Assembly (NCBI GenBank): GCA_001004905.1
Contig: LCRY01000002.1
Span: 115,577 to 179,576, forward strand
Source of the DNA: Parcubacteria group bacterium GW2011_GWA1_56_13
Lineage (GTDB): Bacteria > Patescibacteriota > Minisyncoccia > Phycocordibacterales > Phycocordibacteraceae
Direction of reading: 5' to 3'
Length of the DNA: 64,000 nucleotides
Shown: piece by piece, positions 28,812 to 37,115 of the stretch
How the letters are laid out: each line of letters opens with the position of its first letter
Numbering within the stretch: position 1 is the stretch's first letter
Translations under genes and position numbers: made by a program
The notes under the pieces: model-generated
Seen by the model: the letters and a program-made list of their open reading frames with translations, nothing else
The model's database searches: none
What the model was told of the DNA's origin: nothing

Positions 28812-29393
28812 TTACAGCGGCAGCGCATGAGTCATTGCCGGCCCGCGCGAGGCGCCCGGAACCCACAGCGAAGTATCCAGTTTGATGTCGCGGATGTCGC
28901 GCAGGTCTTTGTACTTGAGGATGCCATGCTGGAGCGCATAGTCGTAGAGTTCCCGCGTGAGCCGCACGTCCTCGATGCAGTAATCGCGCACCTGCTCCTT
29001 CTTTCCTTCCTTCCACCATTCGCTCGCTTTCATGCCGTCGCCCGATTTACTCTTGCCCAGCGTCGCTTCGGCGAGCGACTGGAGGCGGATGCGCCGCCCA
29101 AGCACTTTCTGTACCTCGCTCATAAGATCGAGGGAATACACGTGCGAGAGATCGCCCGGGTAATAGCGGTTGAGGAGCGGAATATCAAACGTGTCCGAAT
29201 TGAATCCGACGAGCATATCGGTGCGTTCGAGAATGGGCCACAGCTTGTGCAGATCCTCTTTGAAATACGATGAGTATTCGCCCGTATCGGAGTCGTGAAT
29301 GGCCACGACGGTGAGTTCCTGCTCGTTCACGTCAATGCGCCCGCGCACCATGGAGTCGGTCACGGATTCGATATCAAAAGTCACGACGCGCAT
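28812..29393 (-). CDS. RNase H-like / DEDD exonuclease-fold protein (YprB-like)
   Basis: Motifs VTFDIES, GFNSDTFDIPLL and YCIEDVRLT. Confidence 0.85.
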   Translation of the reverse strand: MRVVTFDIESVTDSMVRGRIDVNEQELTVVAIHDSDTGEYSSYFKEDLHKLWPILERTDMLVGFNSDTFDIPLLNRYYPGDLSHVYSLDLMSEVQKVLGRRIRLQSLAEATLGKSKSGDGMKASEWWKEGKKEQVRDYCIEDVRLTRELYDYALQHGILKYKDLRDIRDIKLDTSLWVPGASRGPAMTHALPL

Positions 29394-29397
29394 GATA

Positions 29398-30633
29398 TCA
29401 GTCGTTTGAGCGGAGGCGCGCGGTCAGTGCCGCCACGTTCATCTCGGATTCCTCGCCGGTCGCGAGGATTTTCATGCGCACCGTTTTCCGCGCCACCTCA
29501 TCCGCGCCATAGGCGACGAAGAGCGGGATGCCGCGCTTCACGGCATCCCTTATCTGGTCGCCCAGCGCGCGACCGGTCAGATTGACGAAAATGTGTCCGC
29601 CGTCCCTGCGCAGAGCGTCGGCAAAGCTCTGTGCGGCGGGAATATCGCCTGCGGTCGGTGTGCCCAGATACAGCTGGGGGCGGCCCGCGCGGGACTCCTG
29701 TACGAAGCCATGCGTTTTCAGGAAGTCGGCGAGCGTGACATCGCCGAGCGCGAAGCCGACCGCCGGAATGGGGTCCCCGCCCCAAAGCGCGACGAGGCCG
29801 TCGTAGCGGCCGCCGCCGAACAGGGAACGCGGGTTCGCCGGGTTCGTGTCGAAGACCTCGAACACCATGCCGGTGTAGTAATCGAAGCCGCGCGTGATAC
29901 CCGCATCAAAAACAGCATTGCCAACCCCGCGTTCCTTGAGCGTCGCGACAAGCGCCTGGACGGGTTTCGGGTCGATGAGAGAAAGGGGATCCGTGCTGGA
30001 TATCGCCTCCGACGCGGCCTTGAATTCCTCGGGACGCATTTTCGCTCTTTTGTCCAAAAGTCGGATGTACCGCCGGATATCGTCGCCCGCAAGACCGGCC
30101 GCCGCGCACGCGGCGTTCAGAAGCGAACGCGAACTGATGCGAATGATGAAATCTTTTTCAGACGCGCCGAACGCCTTCAGTATCTCCGAAGCAAGCCGCA
30201 CTATCTCGATGTCCGCCTCGCCTTCGGGGAGCCCGATCAGGTCTATGTCCGCCTGATAGAACTCGCGCAGGCGGCCTTTCTGGGGCCGTTCGTAGCGGAA
30301 CCGGTTGCCGACGGAGAACCACCGGAGCGGGAACGCGAGCTCGCGGCGCTTGGCCGCGACCATGCGCGCGAGAGTCGGCGTCATTTCCGGCCGCAAGGTT
30401 ACGGGCCGGTCGCCGCGGTCGGTAAAGGTATAGGTCTGCTCGTTCACTATCTCCTCGGAGGTCTTCGCTTCGTAGAGTTCGGCGCGCTCAAGCGGGGAGG
30501 CGTTGTATTCTTCGTAGCCCCAGAGGGAGAGCACTTCCCGGATACGCGCGAACATCGTATCCATCCGCGCCCAATCGCTCGGATAAAAATCGCGGACGCC
30601 CTTGTAGGGGTCGGTGGAAAGAGGCGCGGACAT
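29398..30633 (-). CDS. hisS: Histidine--tRNA ligase
   Basis: Motifs KGVRDF, LRPEMTPTLAR, FRYERPQKGRLREF, RGFDYYTG and GGGRYD. Confidence 0.96.
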   Translation of the reverse strand: MSAPLSTDPYKGVRDFYPSDWARMDTMFARIREVLSLWGYEEYNASPLERAELYEAKTSEEIVNEQTYTFTDRGDRPVTLRPEMTPTLARMVAAKRRELAFPLRWFSVGNRFRYERPQKGRLREFYQADIDLIGLPEGEADIEIVRLASEILKAFGASEKDFIIRISSRSLLNAACAAAGLAGDDIRRYIRLLDKRAKMRPEEFKAASEAISSTDPLSLIDPKPVQALVATLKERGVGNAVFDAGITRGFDYYTGMVFEVFDTNPANPRSLFGGGRYDGLVALWGGDPIPAVGFALGDVTLADFLKTHGFVQESRAGRPQLYLGTPTAGDIPAAQSFADALRRDGGHIFVNLTGRALGDQIRDAVKRGIPLFVAYGADEVARKTVRMKILATGEESEMNVAALTARLRSND

Positions 30634-30797
30634 ACGGCGATTTTATCACGAACCGCTATTCACTGCGCATTGATTGACAGTTCTTTCCCAAAGGACAATT
30701 ATGATTACAGCTTTGGAAGGGAGGTGATCTCGACCCCATCTCATCGCCGGGATATGGCGAGGTAGAGTTCTTGTCCGGATTGACCGTCGGACCGCTT

Positions 30798-30823
30798 GAG
30801 CCGCATTTGTGCGGCTCTTTTTT
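30798..30823 (+). terminator. Intrinsic terminator (U-tract on the + strand)
   Basis: GAGCCGCA-tttg-TGCGGCTC-TTTTTT. Confidence 0.65.
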
Positions 30824-31358
30824 ATACTCCCGTCGTTTTGGGATCGATGGAAACGTATTTCAAAATAACGTCGCGCATGACTTCGGGGTGCGGTATGCCG
30901 TGCATGGTGAACTCGATGTCTTCGGCCGCGGTCTGCACCTTTATGTCTCCGATGCCCAGTAGGGAAGGAAGCACGCCCTCCACGTTGGTCGTTACGTCTT
31001 GCACGCGCGAGAGAAACAAACTCGAGACCTCGCGGGAGAAGTATCGCCGTTGCTTGATGTCCACGATGCGATGATTGGTAAGCACCCACACGTTCAAAAA
31101 ATATCGCGTGAACGCGCCCCAGGCGCTGGTCCATGTCACCAGGAGCCAGACGCCCAGTACGGCGCGGGGGAGCGGCATCGAGAAGTTGAAAAATGCGGCG
31201 TAGGGTGCAAACGGCGGGGCAAATGCGAGCAATTTCGGAAGCGCGAACGGGATGACTGCGATGATGGCATACGGTAGCATCCCCGCAAGGAAAAGGAACC
31301 AGTGTTTGCGGGCCTGAAGCACGACGTGCTCGCCCGGCTCAAGTTCGAATTCTTTCAT
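30822..31358 (-). CDS. Membrane protein with a bacterial PH domain (bPH_2-like)
   Basis: Pattern LEPGEHV...RKHW, two TMs, WVLTNHRIVD, RVQDVT and GDIKVQTA. Confidence 0.8.
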   Translation of the reverse strand: MKEFELEPGEHVVLQARKHWFLFLAGMLPYAIIAVIPFALPKLLAFAPPFAPYAAFFNFSMPLPRAVLGVWLLVTWTSAWGAFTRYFLNVWVLTNHRIVDIKQRRYFSREVSSLFLSRVQDVTTNVEGVLPSLLGIGDIKVQTAAEDIEFTMHGIPHPEVMRDVILKYVSIDPKTTGV

Positions 31359-31365
31359 ACGGTGT

Positions 31366-31644
31366 TCATGGCAGGTACTGGGAGAGGAAGGAGGCGTTAC
31401 CGGAAAGCGCATAGCCGATGAGCGCCAGGGAGATGAGCAGATGCGCCGCAATAGCCGGAAAGGCGGCCCACGAGGCGTGCGAATACTGCAGCCAATGGTA
31501 AACGGCGACAATGGTATAGACCACCCAAAAGGCGAAAACGACGTAGAGGAACCATTCAATCGCGACGCCGGCAGAAACGCCGTCGGGCAGAAGCGCGGCC
31601 AGAGACGTGGGAAGAGAGAACGGCTGCAGCGGCTGATCGGGCAT
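31366..31644 (-). CDS. Small membrane hypothetical protein
   Basis: Two hydrophobic helices and YHWLQYS; co-oriented with its neighbours. Confidence 0.6.
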   Translation of the reverse strand: MPDQPLQPFSLPTSLAALLPDGVSAGVAIEWFLYVVFAFWVVYTIVAVYHWLQYSHASWAAFPAIAAHLLISLALIGYALSGNASFLSQYLP

Positions 31645-31740
31645 TGCGGGAATTATAACCCATGAGATAACACGTCTTTGATGGTGTGAACTGTCTCGCG
31701 GCACATCAGAAATCGCATGAAATTGTTGTCTTGCGAGAAA

Positions 31741-32547
31741 TTATCTCACGGGTCGAACTACGATAATGCGCGGCTTATCGTACTGGTCGGTGCGTATCGC
31801 GGCTGGAAGACCTTGTCGCGCGAACAGCGCGCACACGGCTTCCGCGTGGCTCGTGTCGCATTCTATCCACGCGACGCCTCCTGTTGCGAGATGTTTCGGG
31901 AGGTCTTTCGCGATGCGGCGGATGACTGCAAGGCCGTCGTCTCCGGCGTACAGCGCGCCGCTCGGCTCGTACTCGGCGACGCTCGACGGAAGCACTTGGT
32001 TGGCGGGCACATAGGGCGGGTTCGCGGCGATGATATCAAACTGCATGCCGGCGAAAGGTTCAAAGAGGTCGCCGATGCGCACATCCGCGCGCGAGCTGTC
32101 GAGGCCGTTCTCGCGTATGTTCTTTCGAATGATTGCCTCGTGCGCGGGGTCGAGCTCGCCGAAATACACCTGTGCGTTCGGCAGGCGCGCGAGCGGCGCA
32201 CAGCCGATAGCGCCGCTTCCGGCACAGAGGTCAAGGAAGTGCAGTTCATGAGTGCGATTTCCGGGCACAGAATCATTTTCTGCTGAAAATGTTCTTCCTG
32301 CTCGATCCGTCGATCTGTGCAGAGTCCCAGAAATCGCACTCATGAGCTGCTCCGTCCACCATTCCGTTTCGGGGCGGGGAATGAGCGGTTTCGAGTCCAG
32401 ATAGATTTTCAGGCCGAGAAAGGGCTGCCAGCCGATGACGTATGCGAGCGGCTCGCCGCGGACGAGCCGCTCGCGGTCCGCTTCGTATGCCGGTGTGCGG
32501 AGGCCGCCGTATTTCTCGTCCAATAGCAGCCGTTCATCTCGGGTCAT
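31741..32547 (-). CDS. prmC: Release factor glutamine methyltransferase (HemK/PrmC) with an in-frame palindromic insertion
   Basis: Motifs GEPLAYVIG, LIPRPETE, LDLCAGSGAIG and ANPPY. Confidence 0.93.
   Translation of the reverse strand: MTRDERLLLDEKYGGLRTPAYEADRERLVRGEPLAYVIGWQPFLGLKIYLDSKPLIPRPETEWWTEQLMSAISGTLHRSTDRAGRTFSAENDSVPGNRTHELHFLDLCAGSGAIGCAPLARLPNAQVYFGELDPAHEAIIRKNIRENGLDSSRADVRIGDLFEPFAGMQFDIIAANPPYVPANQVLPSSVAEYEPSGALYAGDDGLAVIRRIAKDLPKHLATGGVAWIECDTSHAEAVCALFARQGLPAAIRTDQYDKPRIIVVRPVR
32241..32350. mobile_element. ~110-bp palindromic MITE/REP-like element inside prmC
   Basis: 21-bp terminal IR with 1 mismatch (32241-32261 / 32330-32350). Shares its core with 21296-21396. Confidence 0.8.
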
Positions 32548-32564
32548 AATGGGAAAACTAGCAC

Positions 32565-32607
32565 AAAAAAAAACAACACGCGGCCCCGAAAGGCCGCGTG
32601 TTGTTTT
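32565..32607 (-). terminator. Intrinsic, probably bidirectional terminator after the RRM gene
   Basis: AAAACAACACGCGGCC-ccgaaa-GGCCGCGTGTTGTTTT, with an A-run on the + strand. Confidence 0.8.
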
Positions 32608-32622
32608 CTCGGCGAGAGAAAA

Positions 32623-32991
32623 TTAGTATCCGCCGCGGCCATAGCCGCCGCCACCGCCGTATCCGCCGCGCTCACCGCCTCCGAAACCGCCTTCGCGGCG
32701 CGGAGGACGCTCGCCTTGCGGACGAGCAAAGGAAACGGAGAGCGTGCGCCCGTCCATCTCCTTGCCATCCCAACGATCTATCGCCGCCTGTGCCTCCGCT
32801 TCGGAGGACATTTCGACGAAGCCGAAGCCGCGCGAGCGGCCCGTCATGCGATCGCTGATAATGCTCGCGGACACGACCGAGCCGGCCTCACCAAAGGCCT
32901 TCTTAAGGTCATCTTCCGTCGAGCGGTAGGGAATACCGCCCACGTAGAGCTTGTTTCCCTGAACACCACCTGCTGACTGCTGATTATCCAT
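32623..32991 (-). CDS. RRM RNA-binding protein with a Gly-rich tail
   Basis: RNP2 KLYVGGI, RNP1 RGFGFVEM and a GGY-rich C-terminus. Confidence 0.93.
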   Translation of the reverse strand: MDNQQSAGGVQGNKLYVGGIPYRSTEDDLKKAFGEAGSVVSASIISDRMTGRSRGFGFVEMSSEAEAQAAIDRWDGKEMDGRTLSVSFARPQGERPPRREGGFGGGERGGYGGGGGYGRGGY

Positions 32992-33142
32992 GTATTGGAT
33001 TTAACTGATTAACCTCGCCGAAACTGAACACGTGTGGTCTTGTGGACCCTGCGACGCTCGAATACTCTGCGAGTTGGGGGAGTATGACAGGAATATGCTC
33101 GGAACGCAAGCGGCGTAACGGCGCGCTGGGGATAATACCCGT

Positions 33143-33175
33143 CGGGCAATACAAGGTTCCACCTTGTATTGCCCG
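33143..33175. repeat. REP-like hairpin, copy 1 (upstream of the transposase)
   Basis: CGGGCAATACAAGGT-TCC-ACCTTGTATTGCCCG. Confidence 0.9.
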
Positions 33176-33195
33176 GCGGTGATAAGATTATCGGC

Positions 33196-33861
33196 ATGAA
33201 TAGAAAAATTTCTTTTGCCGAAGGGGAGTACTATCACGTTTACAGCAGGGGAGTCGAAAAACGCAAAATTTTTTTGGATGGCAAAGATCGGGAGCGCTTC
33301 CAGGCGCTTTTATTTTTGTGCAATGGTTCAAAACCAGTTGTGTATAGATTGATACAAGGTTCCACCTTGTATCAAACTGATGTGGGGGAAAAGATTGTCG
33401 CCGTCGGTGCCTATGCGTTTATGCCGAATCATATTCACATCTTGGTCAAGGAAATTTCAGAAAATGGCATTACTGAATTCATGCGGAAAGTGAACACTGC
33501 CTATTCAATGTATTTCAATAAAAAATACGAGAGAGTCGGGCCTCTTTTCCAAGGTACTTTTGCCGCTGAACATGTAACCCGAGATGAGCACTTGAAATAT
33601 TTATTTGCCTACATCCACTTAAATATCGTAAAACTCATCGAGCCAAAATGGAAAGAAGAGGGAATTAAAGATCTGAAAAAAGCGAGAGGGTATCTTGAAG
33701 CGTACCCGTTTTCGAGTTATTCGAGCTACACCGGGAAAGTGCGCAAGGAAGATACCATATTGTCAAAAAATGAGTTCCCAAAATATTTCTCGCATCAACA
33801 TGATTTCAAAGATTTTGTTGACGAATGGCTCACATTCGGCCCGCAAAATTTTGACCCGTAG
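33196..33861 (+). mobile_element. REP-associated tyrosine transposase (IS200/Y1 HUH family, RAYT-like)
   Basis: Motifs YYHVYSRG, HUH MPNHIHILV, catalytic-Tyr region AYIHLN and YPFSSY. AT-rich and flanked by hairpin repeats. Confidence 0.9.
33349..33375. repeat. REP-like hairpin, copy 2 (inside the transposase ORF, in frame)
   Basis: TTGATACAAGGT-TCC-ACCTTGTATCAA, encoding ..LIQGSTLYQ.. Confidence 0.9.
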
Positions 33862-33871
33862 CACAGAATTC

Positions 33872-33916
33872 CAGTACAAGGTGGAACCTTGTAATACAAG
33901 GTTCCACCTTGTACTG
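33872..33916. repeat. Inverted REP doublet (copies 3 and 4, REPIN-like)
   Basis: CAGTACAAGGTGGAACCTTGTA-A-TACAAGGTTCCACCTTGTACTG, a perfect 22-bp IR. Confidence 0.9.
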
Positions 33917-34232
33917 TCTTGTGGTGGAAGGAACACGACAGAGTATTGGAAAAGCGCAAGTTCTTAAAAAAAGAAGTGGGGATAAGCGTTTAAACGTCGC
34001 ATCATGAAGGGCGTTACGCGCGGAAGTGTATAACTTTCGCCGTAGCGTGGCGTATTTACTAGCTTTTATTGGATGTCCACATATCCACAGGCCAAGCCGC
34101 TTGACCTACATGTTGATTTTATGAAGAGAAAGCGTATGGTTCGCATGTTAGGGGCAATAGACCTCCAAAAGGCCTTTCTTACGAGACCTCCAAGGGGCCG
34201 CCTTTATTAAAGTGCATAGCGCTTCATTAACC

Positions 34233-37037
34233 ATGAACTCTAAATATTTCGGTTTTGCACTCGGTGCGGTTCTCGCATTCGGCGCCGCCGCTCCTCTCGC
34301 GTTCGCGCAAGCGACATTGAACGTTATTCCGTTTGAACTGTCCTATACAGAAGGAGAAGCAACTGCTGAGTGGTCGAATGCTGAATTTAAAAACGGCAGT
34401 CACTCAATTTACCTGCAGACTACAGGGGAACAGGGTGCGGAGGGAAGAATTAGGATTGAGTTCCCTACAGTGACAACTCTAGAAGACATAACCTCAATCT
34501 CTTGGTGGACTAATACTGTCGGTGGTTATCCAGCGCATCTTGATATTACTCTCGAAACTAATGATGTGAATCAAAGTATGTTGACGGCAGAGATGGCCTA
34601 TAATAATGGTGATTGGGCAGGGAGCGCCACTACAGGTCAATGGCTTCAGACCTTTGAGTTAGCAGCAAACGATGGTGCTGGAGAAATAAATGATAATACA
34701 GTGTTTTGGGTAGCTAAATTAGGAGCTGGTGATCAGGATGCTCCATGGGGGACTCTTGCTAATTGGAAAGCTGGGCAAGTTGCGAACGATCCAGGTGGGG
34801 AACTTTCCAGTACGGAAATAAATTCAAGCACCCCCGTTTCTTTTGTTGAAATAGAAATTGACAACTGGATTAATCAATCTGAGGCATATGTTGATGGGAT
34901 TACCGTAAATGGTGTCACATACTATGGTCTCATTCAAGACGCAATTAACGCCGCAACTTCTGGCGACACGGTCAATGTCGCGGCGGGGACGTATACTGAA
35001 CCCATAGCGCGAGTTGCGGCTTGTGGAAATGAACCATCCTCTCTGTGTATAGATAAATCGCTTACGCTTCGCGGAGACCCTGGCGATGCCGCCGCTGGTC
35101 CCGGTTCAGATGCACCGGTTCTTGACGGTGCTGGTCTCGACGACGGTTCCGCAATCGCCTTGCTTCGCGACGGAAGCCCGATTTCCAATGTCATCATAGA
35201 AGGATTCATTATAAGAAACTACACGAATCCTAATGAGCAAGGCGGCACTGGGAGCGGTGTCATTGCTTGGAATACAGACGCTTCAAGCATTACTATTCAG
35301 GACAATTCATTTGAAGACCTTGGATGGAATGGAGTATTAGTGGGAAGCGATGACGACAGTGTCCAATCTGGCTGGACCGTTCAAAACAATGTGATTGATA
35401 ACGCTGCTTATGCTGGTGTTGAGTTGACAAACGTTACTAATTCTACCGTTTCGGGCAACACGATTACCGTTTCCAACGGCACCTGGGATGTCGGCGATTC
35501 TGGTGTCGGTATTGAAGTTGCGGTCCGTGACAATGGAACCGGTGTAACCGCTGGAGATACAATTGGTGTCACCGTATCCGGCAACACTATAACGGGCGGC
35601 GGTGCTGATGCACGGGCTGGTATCAATATCCTCTCGCGCGCATATCAAGCGACGTCAGATGCGTGGTTGATGAACGTAACGATAGAGGATAATACCGTTG
35701 ACGGAATTACGCCTCGCGGTATCCTTGTGGCCGCCGAACAGCGTAATGGGGGAGCCGCTTCTATTGCCGCACTTCACCTGTCAGGTAACACCGTCTCTAA
35801 TAATGAAGTAGGTATTGCGGTCGGCGTTCCCACAGGTTCAAGCGGAGTTAATGGCGGATATGAGCTACTCGTAAATGGCAATTCTGTATCTGGAAATACA
35901 GGTTCCGGAGTCCAAAACGCTTCTGGCGTCTTGTTTGATGCCACCAACAACTGGTGGGATGACGCGACGGGTCCTTCGGGAGAAGGAACGGGTAGCGGAG
36001 ATATGGTATCAACCGATGTTTCGTTCTTGCCGTGGTACGGCAATTCCTCGTTCCTGCCGCCAGGGACGGTTCCGGCTCCGGTCATCAGCCCGGAGAGCTC
36101 GTCGTTCCGCGTCTCCGTTGACGTGACGATTGGCGACTCCGTATCCGGCTCGACCGTTCATTACACGACGGACGGCACGACGCCCACGTGCAGTTCTGAC
36201 ACGTATACGGACGGGCAGGTACTGCACTTCAGTCAGCCGGTAACGGTCAATGCCATCCGTTGCGATTCCGGCGGCGCGGCAGTCCCGTCGGCCGTGTCGA
36301 GCGCGACCTACACCATAGCGAATAGCGGCGGCGGAGGCGGCGGAACTGCGACAGCAGCTACCGTAGCCCAGGCAGCAACGACTCCGGCGGCGACCCAGAC
36401 AGCCACGACGCCCGCAGTGACGACTCCGGCAGGCCAAGTGCTCGGTGCCGAGGCGTTCAACTTCACGGGTGACCTCCACATGAGCTCCTCGGGTTCGGAT
36501 GTAACCGAACTCCAAAAGGTCCTCATCGCCGCAGGGTTCGACATTCCGGCCATCACGAAGGGCGGCATAGCGTACGGCTATTTCGGTGGTCAGACGCTCG
36601 CGGCGGTCATCGCGTACCAAAAGGCGAACGGCGTCACCTCGACGGGCTACGTCGGCACGCTTACGCGTGCCGTGCTCAACAAGGGCGCGACGCCTTCAAC
36701 CGGTACGGCGGCCACGTCGGCGGCCGGCACGAAGCCCATGTTCACCAAGGCCCTCACGGTCGGCGTGCGCGATGCCGACGTGACGGCGCTCCAGCAATAT
36801 CTGACCGATAACGGCTTCTACAGCGGGCCCGTCACCGGCTACTTCGGCACGCTGACGAAAGCGGCGGTCCAGATATACCAGAAAGAGAAGGGAATCGCAC
36901 AGACCGGCGTCGTCGGCCCTCTGACCCGCGCCGAGCTCAACAAGGGCAAGGTCACGACGACGAATTCCGCGGCGGGCAGTACGGTCCTCACGGGCTCGGC
37001 GACGACCACTCCCGCTTCGGGAATGTCGGCCTACTGA
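34233..37037 (+). CDS. Large secreted surface protein: beta-helix repeats, Fn3-associated domain and two peptidoglycan-binding domains
   Basis: Signal peptide (..AFAQA), IQDAINAATSGDTVNVAAGTY, NxI parallel beta-helix repeats, DATNNWW, VHYTTDGTTP, and two DV..LQ..L...GYFG..T..AV..YQ units. Confidence 0.85.
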   Translation: MNSKYFGFALGAVLAFGAAAPLAFAQATLNVIPFELSYTEGEATAEWSNAEFKNGSHSIYLQTTGEQGAEGRIRIEFPTVTTLEDITSISWWTNTVGGYPAHLDITLETNDVNQSMLTAEMAYNNGDWAGSATTGQWLQTFELAANDGAGEINDNTVFWVAKLGAGDQDAPWGTLANWKAGQVANDPGGELSSTEINSSTPVSFVEIEIDNWINQSEAYVDGITVNGVTYYGLIQDAINAATSGDTVNVAAGTYTEPIARVAACGNEPSSLCIDKSLTLRGDPGDAAAGPGSDAPVLDGAGLDDGSAIALLRDGSPISNVIIEGFIIRNYTNPNEQGGTGSGVIAWNTDASSITIQDNSFEDLGWNGVLVGSDDDSVQSGWTVQNNVIDNAAYAGVELTNVTNSTVSGNTITVSNGTWDVGDSGVGIEVAVRDNGTGVTAGDTIGVTVSGNTITGGGADARAGINILSRAYQATSDAWLMNVTIEDNTVDGITPRGILVAAEQRNGGAASIAALHLSGNTVSNNEVGIAVGVPTGSSGVNGGYELLVNGNSVSGNTGSGVQNASGVLFDATNNWWDDATGPSGEGTGSGDMVSTDVSFLPWYGNSSFLPPGTVPAPVISPESSSFRVSVDVTIGDSVSGSTVHYTTDGTTPTCSSDTYTDGQVLHFSQPVTVNAIRCDSGGAAVPSAVSSATYTIANSGGGGGGTATAATVAQAATTPAATQTATTPAVTTPAGQVLGAEAFNFTGDLHMSSSGSDVTELQKVLIAAGFDIPAITKGGIAYGYFGGQTLAAVIAYQKANGVTSTGYVGTLTRAVLNKGATPSTGTAATSAAGTKPMFTKALTVGVRDADVTALQQYLTDNGFYSGPVTGYFGTLTKAAVQIYQKEKGIAQTGVVGPLTRAELNKGKVTTTNSAAGSTVLTGSATTTPASGMSAY

Positions 37038-37051
37038 TCGGTTTTCTCCAC

Positions 37052-37087
37052 ATAAACAACCCCCGCTTCGGCGGGGGTTGTTTATTT
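37052..37087 (+). terminator. Intrinsic terminator
   Basis: ATAAACAACCCCCGC-TTCG-GCGGGGGTTGTTTAT. Confidence 0.85.
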
Positions 37088-37115
37088 GTGAGATTCATTG
37101 TATCGTGATGACCAC

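Noticed and set aside
33143-33916. Repeated palindromes as a CRISPR array
   Set aside because: Spacing is irregular, orientation is mixed, one copy is inside an ORF, and there are no cas genes. A REP/RAYT system fits better.
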